Assembly (NCBI GenBank): GCA_964016885.1
Contig: OZ024743.1
Coordinates: 154,814,001 to 154,878,000 of the forward strand
DNA from: Eledone cirrhosa
Lineage: Eukaryota
DNA: 64,000 bases
Direction of reading: 5' to 3'
Each line of letters opens with the position of its first letter. Positions within the stretch are counted from its first letter, which is position 1. The position numbers and the translations under genes were made by a program. The notes under the pieces were generated by a model. That model was not told the origin of the DNA and did no database searches. It saw nothing but the letters and a program-made list of their open reading frames with translations. This document shows, in pieces, positions 40,311-55,779 of the stretch.

Positions 40311-41630
40311 ATAAAAAGTTCTAAACTTCACTTTGCTATCCCCTACCAGCACTCTGAAATCTCAGAATTTTGCCATCTTTGCAACGGGGGAATCCTTCAC
40401 ATAATCACAAACAATGACAATTTAATCAACAAAAATAATCAATTATTTAGTAGTTGTCATCATAAAATTGTAAGAATTTCCAGGCAATGTAACATTTCAA
40501 AAAAATACGGACAAAAATAACACCTTGAATATATGTAAATCTTGCATAATTGAAGTAAAAATTATAGATAGTTATATGTAATAGCATAACCTTATTTAGA
40601 GATTATTTATCCTACGAATTGATTAGGATAGTTCACTATTTAATTAGACACCAATTAAGATATATACATTAGATATGTTGAGGATCTTAAAAAATCGTTG
40701 GACGAGTGAGAAGATATTTTTTTCTTTTTACATTGTTAAAGAGTTATCTTCCTTTTGTTTTCATTGTCCGTAAATTATATTAACTTGCAAAAGTTATATG
40801 TAAAATTTAGATTAATAAATGATAATTAATAGTTTAATAATACATAGGCTATCATTAAACTTAAACTGTAATATTAGAATAATTAAGTATTGAAGTAAAT
40901 ATAAATATATCCCTTCATTAAGTGAAATAAAGTTTCACATAAAGTGGAATTTTGAATTACTTTAGATGATAAAAGAACAAAATATATTATATATTGATGT
41001 GAATATATGCATTTTTAATACATTGTAATACATATTTAATAGATATTTAATAAACGTTAAAGATAAATTCTTTAATATTGCATTATAATGCTAAATAGAA
41101 TATTTTACCTAACATTGTCATAATCTAGAAGGAATTAAATTAAATTAAATTAAGCATATAAATTTGTAATGAACTTCAATATTCGATTGCCGTAGAAATT
41201 AATATGTGCCTAATAATCTAGATATATTATAAACTTATAATTAACTAAAGCGTAATTCAATACAAGCGGCATTCACTGATAAATAATATAAATACATTTT
41301 TAATTTTTGTCTAGGATTTGAATACAACGGGTTTATTTTATTCTCTCCTTTACTTTATCCTTCCCTTTTCCTTGTCTTCTTTTCTTTATTTCCCTTCTTT
41401 TCACTCCGTATCTTCCCTTTTCTTCTTTTCTTTATTTCCCTTCTTTTCTCTCTGCATCTTCCCTTTCATCTCCCCTTCTATATTTCTTCGTTGCTCTACG
41501 TCCTGTTCTTCTCTAAGTTTATCATATCATTTGTTGTATATAAATGTTTAGTTGTTGGGGAAATAACCTACGGCCACTACAGGAATTGAAGATTCAAGAA
41601 CTTAGCAGTATGTCGTATATCTAATCTCTT

Positions 41631-41697
41631 ATATAGTTTATCTGATGAAAACGTACTGAAGACCATTGTAACTTGAAATATGTATAATACAATATAT
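41631..41697 (+). ncRNA. Degenerate hammerhead ribozyme
   Basis: AUAUAGUUUAU-CUGAUGA...GAAA-UAUGUA-UA-AUACAAUAUAU; stem II is weak. Confidence 0.55.
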
Positions 41698-41737
41698 ACT
41701 TTGGTTATGATAATATTTCTCATTTATTAATATTTTG

Positions 41738-41847
<110 letters not shown>

Positions 41848-41888
41848 ATAATATTAATAAATGGAAACTATCTTTATAAAACCATATA

Positions 41889-41949
41889 TATTTTATTATA
41901 TATATTTCAAGGGTACCAACATTTTGGAACGCTATCATCAGATAAAATA
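41889..41949 (-). ncRNA. Minimal type-I hammerhead ribozyme
   Basis: UAUUUUAU-CUGAUGA-UAGCGUUCCA(aaaugu)UGGUACCCUU-GAAA-UAUAUA-UA-AUAAAAUA. Confidence 0.75.
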
Positions 41950-42028
41950 CAAAATGCATTTTACAGATGGTGACATATCCCAAAACAAGAACTTATCGTT
42001 TTAAGTTCTATTGTAAAACAACAATTGC

Positions 42029-42088
42029 ATTTTTTCTGATGAGAGCGTGCCAAAATGTTGGTACCCTTGGAATATATATAATAAAATA
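42029..42088 (+). ncRNA. Hammerhead ribozyme (GAAA to GGAA variant), inverted partner of 41889-41949
   Basis: CUGAUGA-GAGCGUGCCA(aaaugu)UGGUACCCUU-GGAA-UAUAUA-UA-AUAAAA. Confidence 0.65.
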
Positions 42089-42225
42089 AATAAGGTTCAT
42101 AAATGTAGTTTCCATTTATTAATATTATTGATATTTTACTCCAGAAGAAAGATGTACGGTTCTTCGAATCTGTTATAAAAAAATGAAAAATGTGTTGAAT
42201 GACCAACAAATGAAATAACACTTTG

Positions 42226-42287
<62 letters not shown>

Positions 42288-42344
42288 TATAGGGAAATGT
42301 CTGACCTCAACGTCAGAGGTCAAGCCGTTTCGACGTGTGTATAT

Positions 42345-42381
<37 letters not shown>

Positions 42382-43013
42382 CAATATCGGAGAAAGCTTT
42401 TTAGCGATACTACGGCCAAATTCCAACTCACTCAACAAACGTTAGAAAATAGGTGATTATATTCCCAATTATGTGTTCGGGGTGCTAACTAAAAGAATTG
42501 CGTGGAAAATTGGCTGTATTATTTCAAATGAGACATATCTAATATATCTCTTCCCAGACGGACCTCTCGTTTCATTAAAGGATTCCTACAGTTTGGGTGA
42601 AATTATACCAATTTATGTAGGAGCTTGTATACCATCAATAGATATATATTCAAGTGGGCTCCTATAATTCATCAGTGGGTGCCCCAATAATACTAATATT
42701 GATAATCTAACCAACATCAGCATTTAGCGATAATCACTTTCTGTGCCTGAGGTATCTGTCAGGTTGCCAGTCCAGCGGTTCTGAAAGAAGTGCTCGAAAT
42801 GATTCGAAAAATGAGGAAGTGAATTACCACCAAAAAAAAAACAATACATGCGCGTGATAATGAACTCTGAAAGGAATTTAGGCTACGTGCTAAAAACTCA
42901 ATTGGAAATTGAAAAAATATCTATGTATGTACAACATTTGATGACACACACAGATATTTTCTCGGGCAAAATAATAGAATGAGATATAAGGAACAATCAA
43001 TATTCGTATATAA

Positions 43014-43063
<50 letters not shown>

Positions 43064-46000
43064 ATATAATATATACCTATATGTATACATGATGTGTACA
43101 TATACATTTTATATATATATATTTATATATTTATATACACATATATGTATATGTATATATTATATATACATATATGTATATATTATATATACATATATAC
43201 AAATAGGACTAGCGGCTTTAACTGAAGACACTTGAAGCATACACTGGGACGGAACCATACAATAAGTGTTTCGAAATGAACTCCTTAACGCAAAAGTATC
43301 GTCTGCGTTGACGATATTTGTGTATTCATATGAATCTTTTCCTTCATATCTACATATAAGGGCGCCCCCCAGACGTTTCCTTTAAGATAAAGAGGCTTAT
43401 TACGTATATATGCCTTAACATAAACACACACGCAGAAGCCAACGCTCTGAAATGCATTAATACATATAGATTTAATTAAGTTCTATACTATTGAATATAT
43501 AGCTTTAATCGTATTCTCTCTGAGTGAAATGACATTTGGTGTTTAGTTTAGATTTTTCCCAGAATCACTATTAATCACTCTCTCGTGATTGGTGGTAATA
43601 AATTATAGACATTCAAGATTAATACGTGCTAATCAAAGTAATTGATCATTGAATATCCACTGAGATTTGAGTTTTGTTTGTTTTTCTCTCCGTGCTGTTG
43701 TTCGTATCATTGGTGGATGATGGTAATTGGGATTTTACTGTGTTTACTAATGATTGAAATGTTCCCGATGGAGTTCAGGGTGATTCTCATTGTGCTGTTG
43801 TTCGAGAAGTCGCTTTCAATGCTTTTGCCTTTTTTTCCTCGATTTAGTTGCTCCTGCTACTGACAGTGATTATTTTTTAATTGTTATCGTCATTTTTATT
43901 TAACAATATTATTGTTAATATTCTTATTGATGATGAAGTGAGGCTGTTGATATTACATAGTTGATATACGGCAAAGTGTTTAGCCAATTTGATTTACCGA
44001 TACAAAAATATTTCTTGCACATACGACTTACTATACTTCAATTTTGTCATCATATTCTGTTATAGATTGATTAGTAATACGCCTCCAATGACGGCCAAAC
44101 GGAAGTAACATGTCATTAAGTCTATTGTTTAATGTGTAACATAACTGGTTTTGGTAGCTACCATGGTATGATAGCTACCAAATTAAAATTAATGTGAAAC
44201 AGTAGATTGAAAAGTAAGACATACTGTGTTTGTAATTTATGAAAATCTCTATATTGCAATTGAGCTGTAGATACTCTGGTTTGCTATTTATAAGTAAGAA
44301 TGATAAACTTGAGTAAACAAAATTCGGTCGTCGAGCCTGAATATAATCCCAAAGAGAGGGAAGAAAGTGGCTTTACGCTCATCTCGACTTGCGTTGTTGA
44401 ATACAAATATCAGGCTAAAGGTACTGATGTTTTTAAAGAGCAACAGTAGGGTTATGGAAGTCAACAAGATACAGAACGTGCTTCTAAAGACGAAATGTAT
44501 ATCAATGATACATAACATAATCTGAGATTCGTCTACAGCCAGAGATATTTTCACCTTAAATAACAAATCGAACCTTAGATACAGAAGGGAAAAATGAGCG
44601 TCTTCGCCGCATTAGTATATGTGCAGCATCTAGCATTTAAGGTGTGACCATTTGTAAGTGCTATTGTTTTGTTACGCATTTTCTGTGTGCTTTCGTCATG
44701 TCCAAGATTTGTTTCTATTTTTATTGCAGACATTCGAGTTATTTCTAATTCCAGATATTTATGTTTGTGTAATTGTCTATATTGTTTTGAGTAGTACACT
44801 GTAATTTGTTTGGATAGCTACCCAAAATGAAATGCATTTATTTCCTTGTAATATTTGACGACAATATAGCCGATTAGATATTTGATCTTCTTGATTCTAT
44901 ATATGATTGTATTTACATTCTTTAAAATGCTGATAGCTTATGCTTGTACAATCCCTTTTCTGTGGCTCTTTGAAAATACTAGCATAACTTCTAGTGAAAG
45001 TTAGTAAGACCTTATTCATGTCCGTAAGTAGATTATTTTTTTCTTGGCTCAGATTTGTAAGCTTATATTATTATCACAACCACCAAATGCATACGGTTTC
45101 TTAACATGTTATACTGAAGTTTGTGCATTTGGTGATTTCTTTTGAGTAAGATTTGATGTTTTGCTGCAGTGAAGATTTGTCAATCTTAGTTTTAATTGCT
45201 GCATTTTTAGACAGTCTTGTTAAGTTTCCTCGTCTACATACTCCTTGTTCACTTATATCGAATATTGGCAATATATAGTTTCCATCGTTTTATCATGTTA
45301 ACTTGTAGTTCTATCTCAGATTAGATTTTTAATGTTATCTGCCTGTTGGTGTTTCTCTTCTTCCTCATGTTCCTCATAAGCACCTGTCTTATCAGCTTTT
45401 ATTTCGTGTTTGTTGGCATACCTGAAGATACCAAACATCGTTTTGTTTTTCGTATTTAGTATTTATTCATATTAGTATTCCGTTATTCGTTTCTATGTAC
45501 TTTTTAGATTCCTACTCACGATATTCCATAATAGGTTTCTAGTTGCATAGGATCCCATACTTCCACTATTCGTCGAAAATGATCTTTCTATATTAAAGAT
45601 TGTCTGATTTATTCTAAATGCAGTGGTCATTTTTCTTTTTTTCATGTCTAGTTTTAATTATTGTTTTATTTTCGTACTAAGGTTATAATACTTATAGCTT
45701 GTATAACAACTTTCATCGCAAACCCATGTATTTCTATTCCAACTCGTATAACAAATTTCATCGCAAACTCACTATCAGCTTATAATCTAAGATGAAACAT
45801 ATACAAAATAAACGATGATTGTCATGCCATAACATTTTAGTCAGAATCTAGTTCTTTTTAATACGTCGGTTAAAGGGATGTGTACCAGAGGAAGAGAAAC
45901 ATTCTCGTCCATTCCCTGTTGTCCAAGGCATTTGGGATAGAGACATGATATTTTCGAGGAAAACACACGATGTAGACTCTAAGCAAAAGGGGAGCTTTGC

Positions 46001-46813
46001 CAGACTATGAAAAACGTATATACACTTCTTAGGAATGATGAAGCATGGCCAATTCTGGACATAATCTATCTACAACAGGGATAATTAGGGATGCATACAA
46101 GAATACGAAAACTATTTTCCGTTTACATTTGCCGGCAAATAGCCCCTTTTCGCATCTGTCATCAATTTGATGATTATAGCCAAATATATGTCAGACATTT
46201 CCCACTTCCACCAAACGCACTTAGGATAATTTGCAATTGATACAGTGCGCCCTTATATTTCTTGAAACGCAGGTGATAATACACAAGAAGATCGTGTAAT
46301 TCGCTGAACACAGCTGGAAAGAGGAATTTACTTTTATTAGGAGTATAATCCTAGATCTTTGATTGACATATATCGACACGTCCTCTATGGACGGGACAAC
46401 TACCTTACATTTTGTATAATTTATATTTGTCATTATCGATTTATATTTACCAGTAATGTACCGGCAAACAACGTTCTTGTGACAAATGACATACACTAAA
46501 CGGGTGGGCCTGAGGTAGCTTGTCATGAAGCAGAGAGAGAGAGAAAGAGAAGGAGAGCAAGAGAGAGGGAGATTGAGAGAGAGAACAAAGAAACAGAGAA
46601 TTCATCGTTCATACAACATTTCCTCCAGGATTACACGGGTTTCATAGAGAATTGGACCCTAGCTGTCTCTACTAATAATCTTCAGATACATAACAGGAAA
46701 AACCTGCAATTAATTATCTTCCTGAAAAAAAGAAGGCAAAATCTTGGTTTTTATCCAACCAATGACGTTATTTTACTGCGCGGCGTGGGAATGTAATTGA
46801 ATCAGAAACCATT

Positions 46814-46903
46814 GAGGTTAACTTTGCCTTTCATCCTTACGTGGTCGATAAAATAAAGTACCAATGACTACTGGCCTTGTGCCAAAAGTAGAAACAATTA
46901 TTA
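46814..46903 (+). mobile_element. SINE 3' fragment
   Basis: gaggttaactttgcctttcatccttacg.ggtcgataaaataaagtacca...ggccttgtgccaaaagtagaaacaatt matches 55101-55200. Confidence 0.85.
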
Positions 46904-47599
46904 CATCATTATTGACGGATAATGCCATGCTGTATTTGACTCTAGTAAGCTTTTAAATTTTGTTTGTATTTTGTAAACAATTGTGACTCTACTTTGACAC
47001 GATCGATAATATAATGCTGTGTTCTATATACCCAAAAATATCCTTTTAATAGCCCTCATGAAACGGGATGTGTTATTGAAACGGATGTTGAATTGTGTTA
47101 CCATTTCCGCCAAAAATTCAAAAATAACCAGCTTTTTCTTTCGCAAACAAGATAAGTAAGCATTTTCAAAAGCTGTTGAAAACAATAAAGGGGGTGTCAC
47201 AGCAGTTTTTGTAGCTACAAACAAGCTATCACAACCATGACAAAAGCAGCAAAAATAACAACGACGACAAAATCAGGAACAAAACTGCAACCAAAACATA
47301 GCTACAGATATTGAAGGTTATCCTACATTGTCCAGCACCATTACCACCACCATAGACTACGATGACAAAACAACAGCAACAGCAACAACGCGGCTAACAA
47401 TGTTAATGAAAACATTAAATATAGTGTCACATCAATGACAGCCACAAACAACAAGGTGGATTTATCTTTTTTCAGAGTAGAGAAGCTTCTCATACAGAGA
47501 AACAGCAGCAAAGTACAAATAGTGGTGCCGGAATATGAAATTGCACAATTAGTTATAAATGTGTAAATCTCCGCAGAAAACGCTGGCAGTAATCTTCTA

Positions 47600-50500
47600 T
47601 TCAGGAAGCTTAGCATATTTTAAAGGAGATATGGACGAAAAAAACCTTTGTCTCGCAAGGAAGACCGCATGGGAGGGTAGAAGTGAGATTTGCATCGGAA
47701 ATCGAAATAAAAGTTCCCTCCATTAGCCCCTTAAAGATGTAAATATGTAACAAAAGTTACACTAACAAATGCTCTGCCCGAGTTAAAAATCCCCGGGTTA
47801 GTAGATGCCATCCTGGGTGACGAAGAGGGTCATTGAAAACGTCCTCAGAATTCAAGCATTATGCAAGGAGAGCTGTTATAAATGAATCAGGAAAAGCAAA
47901 GAAAGGTTCCTGATACAATGGAGCTGGCAACTGACACACCACAGCGGATAGCTGTGGAAAGGAGGTCACCACGATGTTATAACTCCGGTTCAAACACTCG
48001 TCTAATGGCTTTCTCCTCTAAACAAGAAATAAATGAACGTAAATCCGCACTATTAACAATACCCAACCCGCAGCAACAACATACTAACAATAGCAAGAAC
48101 ATCTACAACGATGGCAAGAAAAAGAGGCAGGAAAAACAGTAGGAGCTGTCACAACAGACGTCACACAATTGGGTACAATTTGTGACGAAGGAGATGAGTG
48201 GAAAGCCGTTTTTCACAATAACAAAAAGAAGAAAAAAACACTCTGACTACCTTCTAATAAAGGAGAAAAAAAAGCTAACGCCATGAGGCAGCAAATACCA
48301 ACACCTACACCTACGTCACCAGCTCCACCAACACATGAGTTATCAACATTTAATCGACTACATACAACATAACACAAGCATTTCAGAAATACAACGTATA
48401 ATACCATACAAATTCGCACCGCCCATACACATCCTGAAGGATATACGGAGACATGCATGTAAACGAACCCACATGTTCCAAGGAGGGCGGAACAACCGCC
48501 TTTCCTCCAAGACTAAAGTAGGGGGCCTTTTCCACTTTTTCTTCATCCAAACAGGCAGTATAAACGCACGTGGTCTGGGATCGTCTTGGAAGCAATGTAA
48601 TCTGTTCAACTATTTTTAGGTCATTAATCATAGATGTGGTGGACATAAGCGAGGCCAGAATTTCCAACGCACGAATTTTGCACCCATCTTTGTCGGCTAC
48701 GTGGTGTACGCATCTCCGAACAGCCCCGGATAAGAGAACGGTGTCGCTGTGCTATTTCGGAAAAGCCTGGATCTTGCAATACAGACCATCGTCCTTGATC
48801 CACAATGAAATTTGGTGGTGCTAGACGTGACCAGAAGCTAAGTCTATGATTTCAGGCTAGTGGCTGCCCATGCCTCGACAAGGTTTAATCAGACGCCTTG
48901 ACAACTTTCTAGGAACGTATCGTTCATGAGCGTTAGTGGGGGGTATTTTGGATGTACACTAAGACTGTGTGGGACTCACAGATAGGGAAGGAGGGTGTAA
49001 AAGCCTCGCGAACCTGCTCAGACGGTTCCAACTGTTTGACGGGTACCGACTAGATATCCCGAATGTGCCAATGTAGGCATGGACAAACCGCATCGGGCCA
49101 TCTGGATCGTATTTAGATATGGTATTATGTATGGAAATAGATAAGTCTAGTATAAGTTGTCCACAATTCAAAGTTGTCGATTACAAAGACGACAAATTTA
49201 TATTCTCTGTAGTCAATCTGGATATGCTTCATAAACAAGGACCCGGGTACTGGAATCTGAACGCGTCATTCTCGGCGCGCAAAGACATAGACCGAATCAG
49301 TATATTAGTTAGGTGAGTGGCGACGAGAGCTTTGGTCAACAACAAATGTATTCTTCAACCTACAAACGGCTATTAGAAAACGATCGGTAAGGTTTAGTAC
49401 GGTTGAAATAATAGAGAAAACTTAAGGCATCACAGCTACGTTACTTGTGACGAGATTTGAACTAGACCAATTATTCAATGCTAAGCGCGAAGGCTGCGTT
49501 GTCAGAGCAAAGGTACGTGATCTTAGACATGAGGGGACGAAGGCATTTCAATGAGCTCCAGTGGCGGAGGCGAGGTGTGACAACAATGCCACAATTCGAT
49601 CTTTAGAGGAACACGACGGCCGCATTGTACTTGATCCCAAGCAGATGTGCGAGGTCTTTTAGAGACACTTCGCTCAAATGTACGGCAGCACAGTGAGTCC
49701 GATCGAGGGATGGATTTCAGAGCCTCCCTTGATGGCTTACCATGGCTCTCGGCGAGGGAGGCGAACTGTTGCCAAAAACTGATAATAGCCGAGGATATAT
49801 GGGGCGCAATGCCAAGATGCACGAGGGGAAAATCCCCTGCCTTTTATGGTCTGGTCTACGAGTTTTACAAAAATATGCCAGAGTTGTTCGCTGACATCTT
49901 AGCGGACGTCTATGCCAACTGGCAGCAGAACCGGAGAATTCCAAGTTCTGCGAGTCGAGGGGTGGTAGCGCTCTGGAGAAAGGACCCGAAAAAGGGAGAG
50001 TATATAGACAGTTTCAGGTCCATAATTCTTTTAAACACAGAGTTAAAATATTGGCCAAAGTATTAGCGAAGACCAAAGTATTCTCGGTGTCCTGGTAGGG
50101 AGGCAGCAAAGTTGCGCCATTCCGGACCTGTCCATGCACGACAACCTGCACCTCATGCGATACACTATAGAGAGGATTGCTAAATAAGCTTGTACGGGTA
50201 GGGCTCTGATAAATTCAGAACAATCAAATGCCTCCAATAAGATTGGCCATCGATACATTGCCGCCGTGCTCAAAACAGCACTCTTTGGACCCGTTTGGAC
50301 CCGTTTTCAGGAGCTGGATCACTTCAATGCACAGCGGAATCTGCTCTGTGTTTAAAACGAACCGTCACATTTCGGAACAATTTCTTTATCATGTGCTCAG
50401 TTTCACAAGGTAGTCCCCTCTCGTCCCTTTTATATGTGTTGACGTTTGGGGCATTACTACACAAATTGGAGACTTTGTGAGGCCTCCTGCCGGAAGTATG

Positions 50501-51135
50501 ATTTAGGAGATCTGTGTCGGCATAAGCCGATGACGGCAGTAGTATCGAACACTAATCATATTGAGATGATCGGCACCATTCTCAAGGAATACAAAGCGGT
50601 AAGAGGAGCAAAAATCAAACAGGTAACGTTGGTGGATCTGCAGCTCGGCATATGGTGAGGCATGTCTATGCCGACCTACAACGTCGTCGGGTGTTTGACA
50701 GACAGACGGGCTAAATTATTCGGGATCTGGCTTGAACCGTTCTTTCAGATGGACAAAAGCCGGGACGAAGTAACGTTCAAGGTGGCTTTCCCTCACTCGG
50801 ACATTGGCTGAGAGGAAGTTATTCTTGAAAGGCCGGGCAGAATTTCCAAACATGTACATCGCATCCTTCATCTATCACCGCCTGGCCTTCCTGCCTTGTA
50901 TTATCTCACGTCTGAGTGCACTGCAAAGTATATTCTTTGCCTTTTTGTGGGGTGTCACGTTCCATTGGTCAGGCGGTCTATCTGCTGTCAACATTCGCTA
51001 CATTGAGACTTGGGTATGCCGTGACTGATTATGCGCAAACATGCTCTGTGTCTACATATCCAACTTTACTTGAATGGTGAACAGGTGTGGTCGACGTTCG
51101 CTAAACATGATTTTCACCAGCTCATCTCTTTCCAA
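47600..51135 (+). mobile_element. L1/Tx1-like LINE, degenerate (possible ORF1 remnant + APE + RT)
   Basis: GSINARGLG, GVAVLFRK, GPGYWNLNAS, GLVYEFYK...FRSIILLNTELK, QSCAIP...HDNLHLMR, SVSQGSPLSSLLYVL and LFLKGRA. A decayed zinc knuckle PRCYNSGSNTR lies near 47970. Confidence 0.8.
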
Positions 51136-51479
51136 GAGGAAAATGAGAACATGTATCCCAGTTCCTCCACGAAACATATACACATATAAATACACAGACA
51201 AATCCAAATACTCAATCATACACAGAAACTTTTTCTTCACGTAGCGAAGACGTGAGAATAACACAACGTCTTGATAAAAAGAAACCTGGGAGCCTGACCA
51301 GTTGTATATTGTCATATAGATCGATTATTGATACGTTTGTCTTAGGTCAGTGGATAACGATAGTAGGCTTGTCCACATTTCCGAACGCTCACCTATTCTG
51401 TTCACAGATTGGTGATCTGCAGGGTGGACCTGGATAGAACCAGGTTAAATCCTGGTTACTGGATTCTCGATGCATCATT

Positions 51480-53240
51480 CCAGGCACGTAAAACATACTG
51501 GCGCTGGGTCACCATTTTATTAAAGAAGTAGCGTAGAAAAAATTGATAAAGGAGGTTGAGTTCATACTTAAATTAGACGAGGAATGTAGAAGAGGCATTG
51601 CAACTGTCGTGTTAGCGGCGAGAATGGAATTAGACAAGGAGTTTGCATAATCCGAGCTAATGCGCGAGTACTAAGAAATGAGAGGACGTAAGCTTTTCGA
51701 TGGGAATGTAAAGTGTAAGAGCAGCTTTGATGGACCGAAACAAATGCATGCCGAAGGATTACAAGCAAATGTGTGCAATTTGTTCGTCTTTTGATTAGGA
51801 GCTCTGGTTCAATGATGGCGGTGAACATCAGTTACTATTTCTAAATGCTCCAACATCTCTCTCCAGTCGATGATGCGGTGCTGCGAAAGGCCGATAAAAT
51901 AAGCTGAGATTCGAGTTGCCCTGGTCGGTTGCACCAGGCGCATTTCACACGGTGTTGTTGGTATGCCTACGACCTTTAGGTAAATGTACCTGACTTCTCC
52001 GATTTCCTCGAAGCACTCTGCTGCAACTGACAGCAGAACAGGAGTACTCTCAGTTATTTGTACCGGGCGTAAAGATGAGGAAAGACGAGAACATGAGGGA
52101 TACGTTAGCCAATTTCAGGCTCATAAATCTGCACAAAGTTTATTATTTTGGGCAAGATGATAGCGAAGAGGTTAGTAGTTGTGGTCTAGGTTATGTTTCA
52201 TACTCAACCTCCACCTCATGCGATACATCATGGAGAAGGTATAGTGTAAAACGGGCTTCCTTAATGTTAAGATCAATTTAGATAAATCGAAATATTTTGA
52301 TAGTGTCGGCCATCGATAATTGGAGACTGTTCTGAAGGCAGCAGGTTTTGTTCTGTTTTCAGAGGCTGGCTCGCTACATTGCACTGTGGCATCTGCTCGA
52401 TGGTCAACGTAAATATCCACCGTTCAGAACCGTTTCCGATCACCTGATCTGTCCATATTGTGCGTTTTCTCACATCCTTTCTGTGCGTATTTATTCTCGC
52501 GCTTGATTGCGGAACCTGCAGCTAATGCATGGCATGCCGGGAAGTGTACGATCTGCATCTGAAAATGCTGACGACATCACCGTGATAGTGTCGAACACCT
52601 CGGAAATTGAGGTTGCAGCTCCTTCTTAGAAGAATATGAAATGTTGACGGGAGCAAAACTGTACCCGGAGACGTCGGTGGGATTGCAGCGCGGCATCTGG
52701 AGAGGTTAATCTATGACTTATAACAGCGGCGTCGGATAATGGACGGATGGACCGGTGAAATTGTTCTGGGTCTACCTCGGACCAGAACTCCAGGCGGATA
52801 AGAACTAGGAAGAGATACGAGCAGCGTGGTTTCACTCACTCATAAACGCGCCGATATTAAGCTATTCCTGAAAGGTCGGGCTGATGTGGCAAGCGCGTAC
52901 ATCACGTCCATCATCTACTACCACCTGGCCGTCCTGCATTGACCCTCTTTTCATATACACATTGGAACGTCTGCTCTTCAATATTTGTGGAAGGCACAGT
53001 TTCCATTCGTGAGGCCGCCCATCTGATGCCAGCACCCTTTACGTGGAGGTCTGGCCATGCCCTGGCAGGATGATACGTAAAGGTTCTCTGCGGCTACGGC
53101 ATAGGCAGATATTCTTAAATGGTGAACAGGTGCGGTCGCCATTTGTGAGACAAGCCTTTCCGCTGCTTGAATCTTTGGGGTGCAGTCTTGTGTCAAAACG
53201 AGAATGAGACTGAACACCTGGCATCTGCTCACTGTGGTCA
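51480..53240 (+). mobile_element. Second, more decayed copy of the same L1/Tx1-like family
   Basis: DNA similarity to 49250-51100 (cagcagaac, acctccacctcatgcgataca, ggccatcgata, tattcctgaaaggtcgggc, atggtgaacaggtg.ggtcg) and ADDITVIV at ~52568. Confidence 0.7.
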
Positions 53241-55008
53241 GTGGAAATTATATTCTCTTGCTCTATACAGGATTAGTGATGGGCAAGAGGGCGCGTATAC
53301 TGAATTGATGAGAGTGACTTTGGCTTTTATACTTACCTCCCGTCTTCTGATTTCCGAATGCTGGAGCTGGCGCATTACTGCACCATCTACTGTGATTCTA
53401 GCACTTAATTCATACCCTCCTGCATTCCATCACTGGTGAACACGGTCCCGAGATACGTGAACCTCTCCATTTGCTTCAGCGGAACGCCAATCACTTGCAC
53501 ACTGCTGCGAAGATTTAGTGTCTCATTGGTTGCACCAGTTATTTCCTATGTAAGTTGTCATAGAATGCTCAGTTTTGTGGACTTCTTTGGCTTTAGGTAG
53601 TTTTACGATTCAGATAACAAGATGGGGTTCATTTGATAGTTCAGCCCCTTTCTTAACACGAACACACCCAAACAAATTAGTCAATTATTGATCTCTGTCT
53701 CATATACCCCTTATACGCTGTAGATTTATGAATGTCTCTGTGCTGGAAGATGGTGTCCATAATATGAAATCCATTGCTAGAACAGAAGTCGTATAAGGCT
53801 TTTCTATTCTAGCTGATTTTACTTCTTTACATATTCGTGTTATTATGTGTTTCAATTCCTGAGAAATGTGATGTCTAATAGTGATGTGCCATATCATGAA
53901 ATATTACTGTGATCTTGTATATTAATTTATGCGTTTAGATTCAAACAAGGTGAACCGTATTGAAGTGGTTTTCTCAGCAAAAAGAATTCGGAACTTTGAT
54001 TCAGTTTTCAGTCAAAACTATGTTTCATAAATAATGTTCCTGTAAAAAGCATAAATATTACTAATTGATTTCCATGAAACGACAGATCTCATACTATATA
54101 TGATAATATAATTATTTGAAAAATTGTGTTTACATAGATCTTAGCCTGGTACAGCAGTGATTCATATTCCTTTGCCACTAAGTGTGACAAAGATTATGAC
54201 TTGAAATTTGTTTTATAACGTCTTGCCAATGTTTGTTGACAAACTATACAAACGTAATAAATCAATATGGTAACATTTTCCCTATAGTTATACATTCTCA
54301 CGTATGATCTTTGATCGTGTTTTTCCATTTCACACTGTTTTATAGACAAAAGATTAAACAGCAACGACAATTCTCTTAGAGCATTGAAAGTTACTGCTCC
54401 ACCTAGTGTGATTGTTAACACCACAATCGTTAGAAATAAGTATTTGTATAATGTTTGTATTTGTATACAGTGAAACAGAATGTTATTTAATATGATTTTT
54501 GAATTTCTTTAATTATTCGGGCAGTTTTAGAAGAGATTACAGTAAACTTGAATGGTTTCATTTGACTGACTGACTGCCGCAAGCAACTGTGGAGCATTGT
54601 GTATTTGATTGATGCTAGTTATACAAATGTGGCTTCGGTAGTATTATAATTGATAATGGTATAGATTATCTCTGCTGCGTTGTGTTCTTCAGCAAAACAC
54701 TTTATATCCTGTTGCTTCAGTATACTCAACTGAGACGTGTAGCAGCATTGGGGAGGGGGATTAAACCTGTGATAAATCGGCAACATGCCCAGGGTGATTC
54801 TTTGCTCACAGTCGCTCGGTGCAGAGAAAACCGATGATAAGCACTGGCATGATGAGCTTTTCCCTTAGAACAGACTTTACCTAAATAAATTATGATTTTC
54901 TAAATAATAGTAGATAAATATCAACATTAGTTAAAAAATGATATACCGAATGACGTACGCAATAAAAATCACACTTACATCGCTATATAAATAAACAAGA
55001 TTATCATA

Positions 55009-55200
55009 GGGTGGCGGTTTGGCAGTATCGGTAGAGCGTCGGACAACATGCTTTGTAGCACAGAGTTACGCCCCTTTCTGATCTGAGTTCAAATCCTGCT
55101 GAGGTTAACTTTGCTTTTCATCCTTACGGGGTCGATAAAATAAAGTACCAGTAATGCACTGGTTAATTGCTGGCCTTGTGCCAAAAGTAGAAACAATTAT
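55009..55200 (+). mobile_element. Full-length tRNA-derived SINE
   Basis: Pol III A-box-like TGGCAGTATCGG and B-box GAGTTCAAATCC. The body is shared with copies at 29398 and 46814. Confidence 0.85.
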
Positions 55201-55779
55201 CAATAATTGTTTAGGAGTATTTAGAAAAAGGCCGCATAATTTCAGGATACTAAGAAATAATTTCACAATATCAATTTTGCATTTCTTTTATAAATTATTC
55301 CACATCCCTCCATTTATACTTTTGTGTATGCAAACACTTAGAGGGCAAACGGTGTTATGCTAATGAAGACATGTAAAACCAACATTTCTACGTATTCATT
55401 CCCTTGTCTGCAACTCCAAAATCATTTATCCTGTAAGAATTTAAATTGATTTTGAGAAAGTAATTATTACTGTCTTAAAATTATTTCTACTAGGCTGTGT
55501 CTATTTGGGAATTTTCGGATAGATCATTTTACATTATAATCTTACTTATATAAGTGATATATCTGATTACATGCTTTTACGATGGCGGCATTTAGATATT
55601 TAATTACAAAATTGATAACATAATATCGTTGATATTAATTTACTGTTATGATGTTACACATTCCTTGAACAGAAAAACGGAGCGTAATTTAAAACATGAG
55701 ATTCAGGAAGTCAATTGAATTAAATATGTTGTGATATAAGAAAACTTTATTACACAAATCTCCAATAACATACATCTAG

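Noticed and set aside
43217-43290. CUGAAGA-CACUU...AAGUG-uuuc-GAAA as another hammerhead
   Set aside because: There are extra bases before GAAA and no convincing stem III or stem I.
45850-46530. Possible host exon or TE ORF (also 28091-28438, 43560-45600 and 57060-57600)
   Set aside because: I found no recognisable protein motif or splice structure in the frames I read.
55009-55100. tRNA gene
   Set aside because: A and B boxes are present but no cloverleaf forms, and the sequence continues into a SINE body found three times in the window.
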